Of a stretch of 64,000 nucleotides of DNA, positions 36,886 to 54,785 are shown piece after piece. The notes below the pieces were generated by a model. The model was not told the origin of the DNA and made no database searches. It saw nothing but the letters and a program-made list of their open reading frames with translations. A program made the position numbers and the translations under genes. Source of the DNA: the human T2T-CHM13v2.0 reference genome, Homo sapiens. The stretch lies in the NCBI RefSeq assembly GCF_009914755.1, contig NC_060938.1; one strand, 5' to 3'. Every line of letters starts with the position of its first letter. Position 1 is the first letter of the stretch.

Positions 36886-37410
36886 CTAGTATCATAATCA
36901 CAAAACTTTTAAACCTTTAAATAAGTATACTGAGTTGTTTGGTTCACCTTCAGAGGATAAAATATTTTGTATTAGAAAGTACAGTAATATGTTACTCTGC
37001 ACTATAATACTTTATTCTACTTAAGCCTGTAAGCATTGCTTGTGGGAGTAAATGGCTAAGCGTATTAATTGATAAGTCAGAAGTAATGGCAGTATTTGCA
37101 TATTATCATATATGGCTGAAAGTGCTTGTGAGTGTGTGTATGTGTGTTTTAATTATCTCTGCTGAAATGTACACATAGCCAAATGTATGGTATGTGCAGA
37201 CAAACATCCAAATTGTTGACCGAATTCTTTTTCACCCAGATTTATTGAAATTGGGTAAGCCATTCACTCTTTTGTACCAAAACTACTGAAATTGGGTCAA
37301 TGAGGCTACAGTTTGAGTTTTTCTTGAGGTTATGTCAAGATAGTCCTATAATCAAAGTGCTATGCAAACATTCAGAGATGTTCACAGGCAGGGTGATAAT
37401 CTCACTCACT

Positions 37411-37500
37411 TAGGGATCTATGCTGCCTTCAATACAGATGTGTAACCCCATTAACATTAATAAGACTTACGCTCACATATCGATGGAGAGTAAATCCCTA
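37411..37500. mobile_element. Ancient 90-bp palindromic element (Penelope1_Vert-type hairpin, family tentative)
   Basis: Arms tagggatcta... and ...taaatcccta pair along their length around a ccattaac|attaataag centre, like the vertebrate CCCATTGACGTCAATGGG hairpin repeats. Confidence 0.65.
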
Positions 37501-40074
37501 ATTAGCAGTGAGAACTGTTAACACCCCCACTGTGGTAATACCTCTGAAAGATTTTCATGTTGCTGTGATAATAGGCACATCTGTAAAAAAAAGAATATTT
37601 TAAACAATGTGGAAGTTGACACACAATCAAGCCTGAGACTTATATACCTGTAACTGTCACAGGTAACATGCTTGTACTAAGGGAGTCTGGGCCTGAATCT
37701 GATAACAGCAGGCAGAGGAAGAGATTATTCTTTGCATTTACTTAGGAGGACATGAATGTTTCTCTCATGCAAAGAGGAGAATCGCTTGCTCTTTCTCCTA
37801 CCCAGGATGGTAATTATTCTGCAAAGATGTGTAGAAGATTTCATCAAAGGACTAGTATTCAAAGCAGTGGCCTTTCATCCCATTTAGAATGTAATATGTA
37901 AATAGGATACACATTGGACATGGTTTGGCTCCTCTTGGTAACGGAAAGGACATGGATTGAAGCAAGGAGCTTCCCATCCACAGCGATGTGTTATTGATGA
38001 GCTGGCATTTGCCCTGTGGCCCTCCCAGAGGATTGCTTACATCTATTACTCACACACATCGATTGGTTAATTTGATAATTCTATCACCAATCAGCTGGTG
38101 TCTGACCTTTCACCATGGCAATGATGGCAGGCTCTTCATTTTTACATTGCAGACCTGTTAGATTGACCTTTTTGAGGAGAATGTCAAGGCATCCCTTGAT
38201 CTTAACCTGTCACTATATTTGTTAGAACTACACTGTCCCTTAACCTCGATTTATGGTATTTCAGCACTCAGGATATGCATTTTGTTTATTTTAAAAATTC
38301 CCGGTAAGGTATGTTGACCTGATGAGGGGAGTTTTACAATTAAAGTTACATTCTCACTGCGTGAGCTTTGTGCGCAAAAACCATCTGGTTCTCTGTTTCT
38401 CCTTTCATTTGACAAGCCAGTTTATACTTCCCAGAAAACTTCTCATCATCATTTTGGTGGCAAATTAAAATGCAAGGTGGTTTTTATGGTATTTTGTGCA
38501 TTTGCTTTCTTTTGCTCTCTCACACATTGATAAAACTGAAAAACCCCTTTAAATACTTTCTGACAATCGGGGGAAGATATTATGGTAAAGTTCTGTTTGC
38601 TCTCTTAGTCTTTTTTTTTTTTTTCACACTCCTAATTTATACTCTTGCCAGAGGGAAGAAATTGTCTTGTCTCTGTGCTGCTCCTCTGGGAGCAATACAA
38701 GGGCATCGCTTTGTGACTCTGAAACCATAGATTTGCTCTTCAGTTCAACGACAGGCAGAATGAAAGGAACTTTCTCACCGATCTTCCTGTGTGTGTTTGT
38801 GTACCCACATGTTGTGTACATGAGGACACATGGATGTGTGTTAAGGCGTGCCCCATGTTACCTCAGCCCGCTGTGAGAGGCAAGCAAAGAGATGGTGTGT
38901 AATTAAGGCTCTGTGGTTATCTAGCTGAAAATAGAGGGAGGGGCTAGCCCCTTTGCTTCCCTGTGACTAAAAACCAGCCAAACCAATTTCACTAAAATTT
39001 AGTAAAATAAAAACTGTGCTCCCAGGATGAGAAGTCGCATGCCAAATTTCAGCCTGAAGCGAATTTAAATGGCTGAGTTATAAACCTTTCATAAAGGATG
39101 TTTTGTCACTCACTAAAGATAAAAAGGCTCCTTTTTTGAAAAGGAAATTATCTAGGCACATAGTCTTTAGCGGGGATTGTTGCCATTTATTTAAAGAAAA
39201 CACAATTTTAAATGACTGGGTTTTTGAGGACTGAAAGCAGCAACTGTGTCTGAGCAGTAATTATGTTTCATAATTTTGTTTAGCAAGTATTACATATTAT
39301 ATGAATAGCATCATCGTAAAAATGATTAGCATTCATACTATGCAAAATTCTGCATATTAAGAGCTCCACAGTAGTGTCCTACATACAATACATTGTAATG
39401 GCTCCAAATTATATTGTGTCAGCTGAGCTCTCTGTTTCTCCAGCGTGCCCTGGAGCCCAGCTCGGTGCCAGGGCTCAGAAGAGACCTCAGTTTCACATCA
39501 AGCACTAGGAGAACAAACACTTCCAAAACAGCTTTAGAGAAACATTTAAAGTTGAAGCAACAGTTTCATCAAGGATGCTTGTGTTATTTTATGTGTTCTG
39601 CAAGCATAGAAAAACACCTGTTAGCCCCGCTGTGTCCATTTTTTTAATGTGCATGCAGTGTCGCTGTGTGAAACCAAAGGAGAAGGCTACGCCTTCCACA
39701 AATGATCCCTTGGGCATGATGGGACGTACTGACTGTGAGGTTTCTGTCTTAGATCTTGTGTTTGGAACCTCAGTGTCTCAAAACAAGTTGCTTCCCAATT
39801 TGGGGACCAGGCTGTGAAGTGAGACTAGTGACGTTTCAGCTGGGGAAATGTCAGACCTGGATCTACAGGGACCCAGACTCTGAGAGAGACTTGTTCTAAG
39901 AGATGTAAAGTTTCAAAGGTCAGAAATATATTTCTGCCATAAAAGCTGTTTTTATTGCTATTACTGTTGTTTAAACCATAGGTATATATTTCTGTTTCCC
40001 TAATTTGTTTTCTTTTTACAGTCAACAACATTCCTTACAAAGTCTAAAATTAATAGGAGAAATAAAAAAATATA

Positions 40075-43922
<3,848 letters not shown>

Positions 43923-44199
43923 ACAATGGGAACACATGGACACAGAGGGGAACATCACATACTGTGGCCTGTTGGGGGATGGGGGGGCTAGGGAAGGGGT
44001 TAGGAGAAATACCTAATGTAGATGATGGGTTGATGGGTGCAGCAAAGCACCATGGCATGTGTATACCTATGTAACAAACTTGCATGTTCCGCACACGTAT
44101 CCCAGAACTTAAAGTATAATTTTAAAAAAAGAAAGACATGCAGTACCACATAAGGAAGGTTTATTTTTAAAATCTGGGGATGGGCAGTTTTAAATGAAT

Positions 44200-44218
44200 G
44201 AGAGAGAGAGACAGAGAG

Positions 44219-44276
<58 letters not shown>
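44200..44276 (+). repeat. Compound microsatellite (GA)n(GT)27
   Basis: Interrupted GA run followed by an uninterrupted GT run at 44222-44275. Confidence 0.97.
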
Positions 44277-44277
<1 letters not shown>

Positions 44278-45306
44278 TGGGAAGGGGGGTGTATAGACCT
44301 ATAGATGAAAGAGACGGCTGTAATGGGTAAAAGAAAGTTGTGTAATTACACAGGAAAAAATTTCTTTTAAGCACAAGTCATTAACACTGTAGGAAAAGCC
44401 CTGAAACAAGTGACTATAAATTAGTTAAAACTTAGTTAGAAATTTAATTTTTCCAAAAAATATTATCGAAAAGAGCACCATGTTCAGGCTTGATTCCTTT
44501 CCAGAATCAGACCTCAGAGACTGTTGGGAACCTTTTGGTTTAATGTTATAAATGAATCCCTAGGAAAATAAAATATTAAATTTGTAAGCTGTTAGTACCC
44601 TATCTTCCTTTTGTGAATGCCCTTCAAATCCTAGAGGATAAATTTCAAGATTTAAACCCTTTTTTAAAACAAATAGAAAGAACGTAAAATGAGTCTAGAT
44701 CCCTATTTTCCCACAGTGCTTAAAGATATCATTTCCTTAGAAATGATATCTTGGCAAAAGAAAGTATAAGTATACTTTATACTTTCTTCAGCCAACTGAT
44801 GAAAGACAGCAAAATATTCTGAGATCACTTGTAAGCTCCAGCACACCTCAAGGTCTGGGAAATCCTCCATAACCCTGTGCCTAACTACCACATGAAGCTA
44901 CATCAGCATGTTTTTGATCTGGGTGTGCCTCCCAACTTGCTTAAATCTAGCATTTGCCCATGGGACAATTATAATAGAAACCTTCTAATTGGTTACTGAT
45001 GATGCCCAGCCCTCTGATATTAGTAACAATATTTGCAGGCTGAACAGCGCCCCACACACTGAAACCTGCTGATGCTCCTGTTGTATGGATGCTTTCTTTC
45101 TCATTTTTCTTGCTTTCCCGCTATTTCCAACTGTTTATCTCTGGCAGCCTTCTCGCAGTGAGGCACAGGAAAAAGAATGCCTGGTCTGTGTTTCTTTTTC
45201 TCCTCTGCGCAACTCCAGTCTTTGTTTTGTTTCTGTCTTGTGGAGTCTGAACGGAAGAAAATAAAGGAATCAAGGGTTCATTGCATTTCTCTTACGTTCT
45301 CCCCAT

Positions 45307-45540
45307 TGTTACTGCCCTTCCTCACTGATTTCTTATGAAACGGTAGCTTTAGGGTCAGAGTACCCTAGAGAAGACAAAAACGGAAGGGAGTTTGAGGAAG
45401 GCACCTAACCATTTGGTGTCCAGCAATCACTGAGCCATATACAACCAATCAAACCCACAGAGTCTCTGTTGGGATTTTTCTTTAAGAAATGCAATACCAC
45501 GTAAAGGGAGGTTTATTTTTTTGAAGCTAGGAAGGGCGGG
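45307..45540 (+). repeat. Local duplication copy 2 (uninterrupted)
   Basis: Colinear with 40075-40257 joined to 44148-44190. Contains the empty-site version aagaaatgcaataccacgtaa. Confidence 0.92.
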
Positions 45541-48500
45541 GTTGGGAGTTTAAGAATCCCAAGAAGTGGCATTTTTAGTTTGAAGCTGGAGTTCTCTGAA
45601 GGTAAAGCTACATGAATTTCTCTCTGGGGTGTCTTTCAAAGTAGGTTTATATGCTCCGAGGAAAAGATAAGGGGAACAAGGAAGTCCCTTAGCCTGATTT
45701 CCCAAGTCCGATCAGTGCAGCGGAACCATCTAGAAGGCTGCTACAGATGAATCGGGTGTGGTTTTTAAGTAACATGAAGATGACCCAAATGATCTGGACC
45801 AGCAGAAGGCACTTTTTCCGGGACCAAGTTGTTGTTATTGTTGTTCTTTCCATCAAGAAAAGAGTTACCAGAGGAGAATACGGCCTCATTCACAGAAATA
45901 CTATGCAAACTTCTTTAGATATGATTCTTGTCTGGCTTGGATGTTTGTTACATCAGCTTTAAAAAACAAAACAAAACAAAACCTCTTCAGTTGTGGGCTC
46001 TCACTTTCTGAGGCAAATCCCTGTCAGGCAGGGTAACCATAAGCAGAATTTGTTGTTTTTGGTAGAATATGATCTCCAAACATGTTTTAAGTGCAATCCA
46101 AACTAGATTTAAATGTCACCGATGAAAAGAGAAAAGCCAGCAGTCCGTTGTAAGAGCTGGTGGGTCATCACTGGCCTCTTGGCCCAAAGAATATTCAACA
46201 CAGAAAAATTCCACAAGATGGGAATAGGCTTCCTTGCTAATTAGGAACAACTTATAAAATAAAAACCTTAGAAAATGTTTATTTAAAAAATATTCATACT
46301 TAGGATGTTGTCTTTCTCTTTGATTTACATCAAGAGAAATTATTTTTTGTGATTCTAATAATGTTAGCTACCAGAAGTCATATCAATATATTTCCTTGAA
46401 AATAAATCCTTACAGAAATGATATAAATTAGAGTGTGTGTGCTAAACATATCCCATCTCTCCATCCATTCTATTAGGCACTATTTTAATGAAGGTTTTCT
46501 TTACGCAGGAAAACAAAAAGTAAAACAGAGTATATCTGAAGATTAAAGTCAATAATAAAAGGAGCAATACCCTCTTTATGGTGGTAGCCTGCACAGCTCA
46601 GTAATAGGTGTTTTGCATAATCTATAAATAGTTTGATTTATTGTCTATTGGGGCAGTAGTATTAAAAGGTGGATTTGAAATCCAAATCTGTTATTCTCCT
46701 TAATGTTTAACATTTACTTTAAAAATTTATTTTTATGTAATAATATATTCTACTAAATATTGGCCACTCTCCTTCACAACAATAATACACAACAAAGTAA
46801 CATGTTGCAACCTTCCTGTTACCCTCTCTGCTTTCTCTCATCAGATATTTTGAATAGAATCTTTCAGATTCCTATTTCTTGTTTTATATTAGTCTCCCTT
46901 CTAGAATCTGGGTTTGTTTTTTTTTTTTTTACCTTCAAAAACGGCTCCTGTGTCTAGATTTCAGGTTCATGACTAGGGTGTTAACAGTCCTGAGCTGCTT
47001 CTGAACCTTAGCAGCAGGTATAGCCTGCAGCAGCTCAGGGAAGAAAGGCTCTCCTAAGACCTCCTTTAAGAGATCTGATGTTGATTTCTAATTTCTGTGT
47101 TGGACTTTCATGTGCTAGGTGTCACAGTCTCAGGAAGTTGTATGTCACAAAACAAAGAGATAACTGCGTTGGGAACTTTCTCTGGAGCACATTTATACGT
47201 TAAGATAAAAAGTGAATCATTATTCAGGGAAAGGACCCTGTGAGTAAACCCTCTAATGAGCTCAAGTATCATTATTTCATCTAATTCATCCAATTGCTCC
47301 CCATCCAAAAATTAATTTCAAGCCTTGAGGGTAATACAGGAAAATAAAATATTATTTATGGGTTCCCAAATCTATAGCAGCATTAAAAATGATCTTTGTA
47401 CTTATTTTAACACCCCAGGTAGAATACACTGAAAGTCTGCTAAATTAAAAGCAAATGGCAGCTGGGGTTAGTGAAAACAGTGGGGTGATTTATGAAAAGC
47501 ACCTCTTTTTTTCTGTTTCTAGCTCTAATTTAAGTGCATTTTCTATGGCTCTCCCCCATTTTTTTTTTTAACACTTTGGCTTTTTCCTCCCCTTTTCTTC
47601 TCTCCTCCCAGTGGAGAAGGATCCTTCTATGCTGCTAGCGCCCTGGCATTTACATCTAGCTTCTTACCCATCATCCTCATTGCTGTTAGCCAAAGATGAG
47701 CTCCTGTGCTGCTCTTCGTTGGGGAGAGCCCTGTCCTGACCCGACTTCTGCTCTCTGTTCACTTGTGAAGTAGTCTTAGTTGTATCTTTGACTTCGTGTG
47801 TTTTCTTTCTCTGCCCAAAATAAAATGATTGCAAAGCCAAATTCTGTTCTTACTTTCTAGAGAACTTCCTCCAAATAGGTTCGTTTCTACACCTCTGCTT
47901 ACCCCTGTTATGAAGGTAGTATTTTTGTTTTTCTTCTTCAATGTAATCTTCTCCATCTCTTCTCTTTACTGCTGCTGCGCCATCTCCAAGCCTCTTTCCT
48001 TAAATCTTCAGAATATCATGTGCTAAAACCTTCTCCTAGTTTCCTTCTCTTCTGTCTTACAGTCTATCCTAATAACTTACTGCAAGCTGTCCCCCACCCA
48101 TAAAAGCTGCTTCTATTTCTTACTAATCCGTCTCTGCGCTGCAGATTGAGTCACTATGTTTTGGGTCTTGCTTGAAGTAAGAACATTTCATTCAGTGATT
48201 TATGGAAACTTGCAGATCTAGAATATCTAACACACTCCAAACTCAGCCACTCACACAGCAACTACACCATCTATACTCTACTCTCCTTGTTGCCATATTC
48301 TTCATGAGTATAGTTCAAGCAGTTACTTCAAAAAATGGCATGTATTAAGTTCTCTCGAGATTTATTCTTTGTTAAATTTCTACAGTAATCAGAATATAAC
48401 CAGGAATACACATAAAATGATGGCAGAAAAAAATATCAATGCAAAAACCAAAAGTAATTGCCTTTGTCTTCTTAAATAGATAAGTGAGACATTAACTGGA

Positions 48501-49957
48501 ATATATAACAATATCAACAATTATAGTAGTAGCTGCTACTCCACACTATGTAATACTCTAATATTAGTCATATATTCTAAATGGCTTGAGTTCCCATGCC
48601 AGTTGAACCACTTACTAACTCAGAGACAAAATACTTATAATGACTATAATAATGTTCATGCCATTGAATGGTTTTAGGGACGAAGATAATGTATGAAAAC
48701 ATGTTTACATGTGGTAGTTGCTCAGTAAGTGATCAGAAAAGAAAATAGCAAGACCGTAATTGGTGAAACCGAGTGATACCTTTGGATTCCACAGCGCCAG
48801 TGTGCTTTATATAATCCAGTTAACACAGAGCTTCTCCAGGCCATATTGTGCTATTTCTTGCTTCTTTCAAAAAAAAAATGGCACGGCAATGGGGCAAAGC
48901 CTTATATCCTCATATATAGTTTATTGAGCCTCATTAAAAATGTAATTCATTAAAAACTGCATGTTCTAGAGAGCTTGATGAGAAGAAATATGACTTGATA
49001 CTTGGGGAAAATCCAGCCCCTGCCAGAACAGATGAAGGGAAAGCTGAAGGAAGAAAATTACTCCCAACCGAATCTTTTTCCTACATTGCTTTGTTTATCC
49101 TTTTACTCTACATTTCATTTTTCCCTTTAGGGGGAGAATTTATTTAGTGTACAAGGAAACATTCGTAACTCAATAGTAAAGAATTAATTGCTCTGCTAAA
49201 AGCTAATTGGTAGAAAGAATAACTAAATATTTTTAGAAAAGGTCCTATGTACAACAACCTTATCTAGACGTTATGTTATCTAGACATTATTCCAAGTGTT
49301 GTAAAAATTAGTATCAGTGCAAAACTACAATTACTGACACCCACCGCACATAGGGTGTTGGCCATTGCTTCCAGAATTTTCCACACATTAAGTATAGAAA
49401 AGCTTAGAGACCTAATACTTCAAGTCTAATCTTTTTAGCAGAGAGACTTACCAGTGGATCTCAAGTTCCATGCTTCATCATACATGAGGACCCAATTATA
49501 TGTAGCATGGACTGAGCAGGCTACCATCTTGAATTCCTCTGTGAGCTGACTTACATTGCCAGGCCTTTTTTTCTTATGTTGTGTGTTACTGTGCTTAGCA
49601 GAAGGTTTTATATTGCATGTGCTTTGAGGACTTCACAAATACCATAGAATATGTAATGCGTTTACAAAACTACCAACAATAAAAGCTGGCATGAGCTTTA
49701 AGAAATGTGATTCCCAAGACTTTTATATTTCTAATCATATGCAGAACAAACTGGTTTTAGCTTCCTTGGCATATGGGATGGAAATTCTCTAACAGTCCCT
49801 TTGTAGCATTTCAAATTGGCTGGCCATTTTAAAAGGTAACAGCCCTTTTGCAGTAGAATTAAATGAATTAAATTGTTAAACTTAAGTAGAAGATTTTATG
49901 AATTGATGTATTTTTCTTCAGTTCCCTATTCAGAGTTGCATCTTTAAGGGCTGGTTT

Positions 49958-50270
49958 AAGCAAATATTTATTCAGCACCTACTATGTGTTGGCAATTGTT
50001 CTGGCTGTCAGGGAAACGGTGCAAAATAAACACAGTCCCTGCTATGGTGATGTTTTGAGACTTTGGGGAAGTTACAGACAAGTAAATTGGCAATTACAAT
50101 TACTGCTATGATAGCAGAAGACCAGCATGCTATGGGATTCTACGTGAGGAACACCCAGTAACCCAGACTTGGAAGACAGCTGAGAACTACGGAGACAGAT
50201 AGGAATTAGGCAAAAGAAATGGGGAGAGAAAATGCTTCAAATGAATGGGAGAACATATGGAAAGACCGGC
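49958..50270 (-). mobile_element. L2 LINE 3' fragment
   Basis: caaatatttattcagcacctactatgtgttggcaattgttct...acacagtccctgc. Confidence 0.75.
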
Positions 50271-51074
50271 CAATAATTTATGTCTCTCTCAAGTAAATTG
50301 AATGAGTATTTTAGACAAATATTTGCTTCAGTACTTTAAATAAAAATTGTGGAAGTTTGGCAAGGTTAACAAGTTAATACACACAGCAGTTATTTAGGTA
50401 TATATCATGGTCAGAGCATTCTCAGTATTTTTGGCAAAAGTTTGTTAATAACAAGAATACATATCAGCCAGCAAAATATTGACTATAGAGATTTAATATT
50501 TATTAACAGCTAAGAACTTATCTTATAATTTCAATTGGCAGCTCAAGATAAATATTATAGCCACATAATAGGTCCACAATTGATGGCAGTTGAATTTTTA
50601 ATGGAAGAAAGTGGAGAAAAGTTGTACACTCTCTAGGGGAAAAAAATCAAGTTTCTTCATTCCAACTTTAGCAATTTCTGTTTTGATACCCTACAGACAT
50701 GTTCCTTCGAAAGTTTTGAAGAAAGCCCACTTGCTGGAAATTCACATGAGCTGAAATAACATATGAGTTATTAAAAGGTCTTTCAGCAGAACTGGGATTA
50801 ATTTCCATATCCCTCAGGAGCCCATCTGCACTCCCTTATCACACAAATGGAATTTTGGTATATGGGTTAAAAATTACTTACCAAAAATTAAATTAAAAAT
50901 AACTGAGCCATAGTCAAATCAGCAAGCTGTATTTGTCTTATTTGTTTATTTATTCAAAACCGGAAAAAAAGAACAGAACTTTCCAAATTAGGGAAATTAT
51001 TTCGTATCACCATCATGTCAAAGATACACAGTTGAACACCAATAGGCAGTTGCATTCAAATGCCCTGATGTCCA

Positions 51075-51595
51075 TTGGCCTTCAAGATTCTTCCTGATTG
51101 GCCTCCATCTCCCCTCTTCCCAGGCTGCTTCTCTGACTTCACTTCCCACCACCCTCTCCCTTGTCTGCCCTCCTCTGGCTCACTGACCTTGTTGGAATAT
51201 GCCAAGCTCACTCTTCTTCAGGACTTTTACATCGCCTTTCTTTCTGTCAGAAGTACTTCCTCCAGCCCCATATCCACGCGTTCTTTCTTCGAGTCCTCAA
51301 ATGACATAAGACTCCCTTCCTCTCAGTATAAACAAGCAACACTCTATCTTATCCTGCTATGCCACCCTGCCACTCCCTATCCTCCTCCTTACCCCGCTTT
51401 ATTTTTCACCATTTCCCATAGTGCCAGCCAAAATACTATACATTTATTTACTTGTTCGTCATCTGTCTCTTCAAACACAATACGGGCTTTATAAGCAAGG
51501 ATATTTGCCTGTGTTATTTATTGCTCAATAAACAATCTTAGAACAGAGCCTGGCATATAGTAAGTGCTCAGTAAATATTTGTTAAATGAATAAAA
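51075..51595 (+). mobile_element. L2a LINE 3' portion
   Basis: Pyrimidine-rich L2 body ending cttagaacagagcctggcatatagtaagtgctcagtaaatatttgttaaatgaataaa. This explains ORF 51075-51494. Confidence 0.85.
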
Positions 51596-54500
51596 GCTTA
51601 ACTACAGAAGCAGGAGGTATCTTTCCTTAAAGGTATATAAATATATGACTTTCTGCAATTTGCAATGCTGCCCATATATAAGTGAAAGATACTATCCAAG
51701 TGATTAAATGGAAGGATTAAAAGGAGACTCCTTCCTTGTATCTCATATTTACATGTATTGTTGTTTTCATTTTTTGTTTGTTTTTACATTGTCAAATGCT
51801 CTCCACTAAATGGTAACAAATTATATGCTGGTTACAACATCACAGTCTGACATTTTTCCATCCAAACCATCTTCTACGAAATAAATCCACAAATTTTGTA
51901 TTGATATGATTATAAGAGATCTTTGTAGACAATGTTAGTGTATGGTAGACAGCCAGAAGCCATAGGCTATGATCCGGTTAACTCTTTATTGTGATTATCA
52001 TAAGCATTAAATATTTATTGACTATCTTGTTGTGCATATCACAAGGGAATAAAAATTCAGGTCTAGGTAGATTACTGTGTAGGAAGACAGTCTCCCCCCT
52101 AATTCCCCACACTTGAAGTAGGAATTTGTATGTTTTCTATTTATTTTTCTCCGTACTGCTGAAGGTCTTATTTCACTCCTTCTTGACTTTTAAAATTTCC
52201 TCCTATTCAATTGTAAACTTTTGAATCATTGAACATTTTGAATCCAACTATTAGCTTTTAAGTTTTAACCAGGCCAAAGGAGATCAACAATAAACTCAGA
52301 TTGGAAAAAAAAAAATTGTATTGCTCCATGAGGAGTGACGTAAAAGAGCCATCTCTACTTCAACACATGAAATGTTGTGGGTGATGGACTATGATGTTCA
52401 TTTTGTAGAATGTAATGAGCATGTGGAGTTTGTCACACCCCAACCCAAAGATCTAAGGATATTTCTGATATATTTGGGATGTTAGCCCAAGTAGAGAACG
52501 TAAGGTTAGAATGCAGTTTTTTGGTTACTGGAGAGAAGTTAATGGAGGAGAAATGTCTCGTCTCAGAATTTGCTGCTGTTTTCCTTTATGTTTCTAGTAA
52601 TATCTATTTGTGATCAAATAGAAATAGAAATAAATACCTTAGACTGCCATCTTGTGCAGGAAGTAAAACAGCAGGACATTCAAGTAAAAAAGAGTTTTAT
52701 GTCTGTTTATTTGTGGCCTTTGAAACCTGCTTGATCTTTTCAGTCTTTTTGATCCTGAAGATGTTTGCCCACTCCCTCCTTGTATTTTGTTCTCTGAATT
52801 GTTCATTGTTGTTCTTTCCCAAGCATAGTAAGGTTATTCTTTTTATTATATAACTAGTAGAAAGAGGCTTTGAAAATTTTCATTTTCAAATGGAATTCCA
52901 ATTCAGTTTTAGCCTACTGTTCTCCCTCATTCTGAAATGTGCCCTGACCATGGAACACGGAATTTCTATCTAATTTTACAGAATTCAAATTATCGAGTTC
53001 TGTTTGCAAAACATTCTTGCTAAATTTCTTTGTCTAATAAATATCAAGAGTTAATTTTTCTCTGACAATACTGTTCTCTTTTACTTCTGGTTTGGAGTCT
53101 GTATTTTTGTACTTTCTCTTTGCTTGTTCATGGTACACACACATAAGCACTTTCTGGTTTTGATGTGCGATTAGTTTCCATCTTTAATGTGGATGTGGGT
53201 ATATGTGGGTGTGTCTCTGTCATTTTTTTAAGACTAAGCCTCTCCTTCCTACTCCCCCTACCCTCATCAAGACGCTGAGAGGCTCAAGTTGCTGCCAAGG
53301 GACTCTTCCATGAGAGCACTCAACTTGCCATGGAAAAGTTTGCTAAGGTGCCATTCAATCTCCTAGTCTCCATAGCAAATAATATTGCCATTGTTTCTCC
53401 AGGAAAAAGCAGCCCGCATTCAGGTTTCCATGTTTCCTATGTTATGGCAAAACCAGCAGAGAAACCTTCCCAGTCAAAGCAGAATAAAATTTACAAGCAG
53501 TTTGCTTGGGCAAAGGAGCCAACTGCACACACACTGCTTGCTGTTTAATTCAGAACAAAATCATATCTGTTCTTATAATTACGTGACAAATCACCCCTTC
53601 CAGATGCATTACCAAATGCCTGCAGAGGTGAAGCCTGGATTTTCCTCAGCACTATGAAGCAGTGAAGCAATGCCGAAAAGGGGGCTTAGGGGGATACTAA
53701 GTACGAAGATGTAAGTTTGAGGAGGGATAGATAGCCAGCCAAAACCAGATTTATTGAACTTGCTGTTTTACACCATGTAAATCCAAAAGACTCCAGAAAG
53801 TAACCTTCTCTTTCTCTGAAAAGTGCAAATAACTCTGGGGTGAGTTCTTAGCATCCAGGAAGCCAACCACACACAGGGCTCACACAAACGCCTGGTTGGC
53901 TGTCATCCTCCATTATCCTCAGAGGGAATCAGTAAACAGAAGCTGCTTACAGCCAGGAAGGAGAGAGCCAGGTAACACTCTTACTGCCCGTGTGAGAGTA
54001 TATATGATCATTTTTAAAGTGTACTTGATTGTTTTCATGACCCCACACAATTTCCTAGGCCTCCCTTAACTGTGGTATAGCTGAGAAAAGAAAACATTCA
54101 CATCTAGATGGGGTCAGAGGAGTAGAATGAGCGTGGGAATGACCAGACTTTGACATCACTCTCACCCCTGAGCCTTCATCCCCTGACAGGCCCATGGGAG
54201 CCCTTAGCTGCCCTGCGGTCTCTGGCATGAGGTCTCTGTTCATGCTCTAAGAGTGATTTTACTGTTTCAGAGGGTGGTGGCCTGTTTGTCCTTCTCAAGA
54301 AAGGTGTGGTTCTACTCAATATAACCTTTAAAGGTTATCCAACTACTTTTTTTTTTTTTTACCTGAGACTATATCCTATATGTAAGTAAGAGGATTCAAT
54401 AGTCTTAAGGGGGTGGTATTATTAGCATTATGATTTCTGTTGTTATAATTGATTCTTGATCATATATTGCTTTGTGTTATCGCTTGGCAAATCATATTAC

Positions 54501-54654
54501 ATTGATGACTCCTTTGTTTTTATTCAACTTGTTACATTTTAATATGTGATTCTGCCATACAGATTATGAACTTTTCTAGGGCAAGAACAGAAGAGAATCT
54601 AAGCGCTATAAAGGAGTTGAGCAAATATTTGACCTACTCTTTCTCTTCTCCTCT

Positions 54655-54785
54655 ACTCCATTTTACAGATGAAAAAGCTGAGGACCCAGAAATACAAAAT
54701 GACTTGCCCTGATCCAGTAGCTACTTGAAAGCAGACAGATCTAAGACCTGGATCTTAATTTTAATCTCACTGTCCTCTGCACCCT
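54655..54785 (-). mobile_element. MIR SINE fragment
   Basis: ccattttacagatgaaaaagctgaggacccaga...tgacttgccc. Confidence 0.75.
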
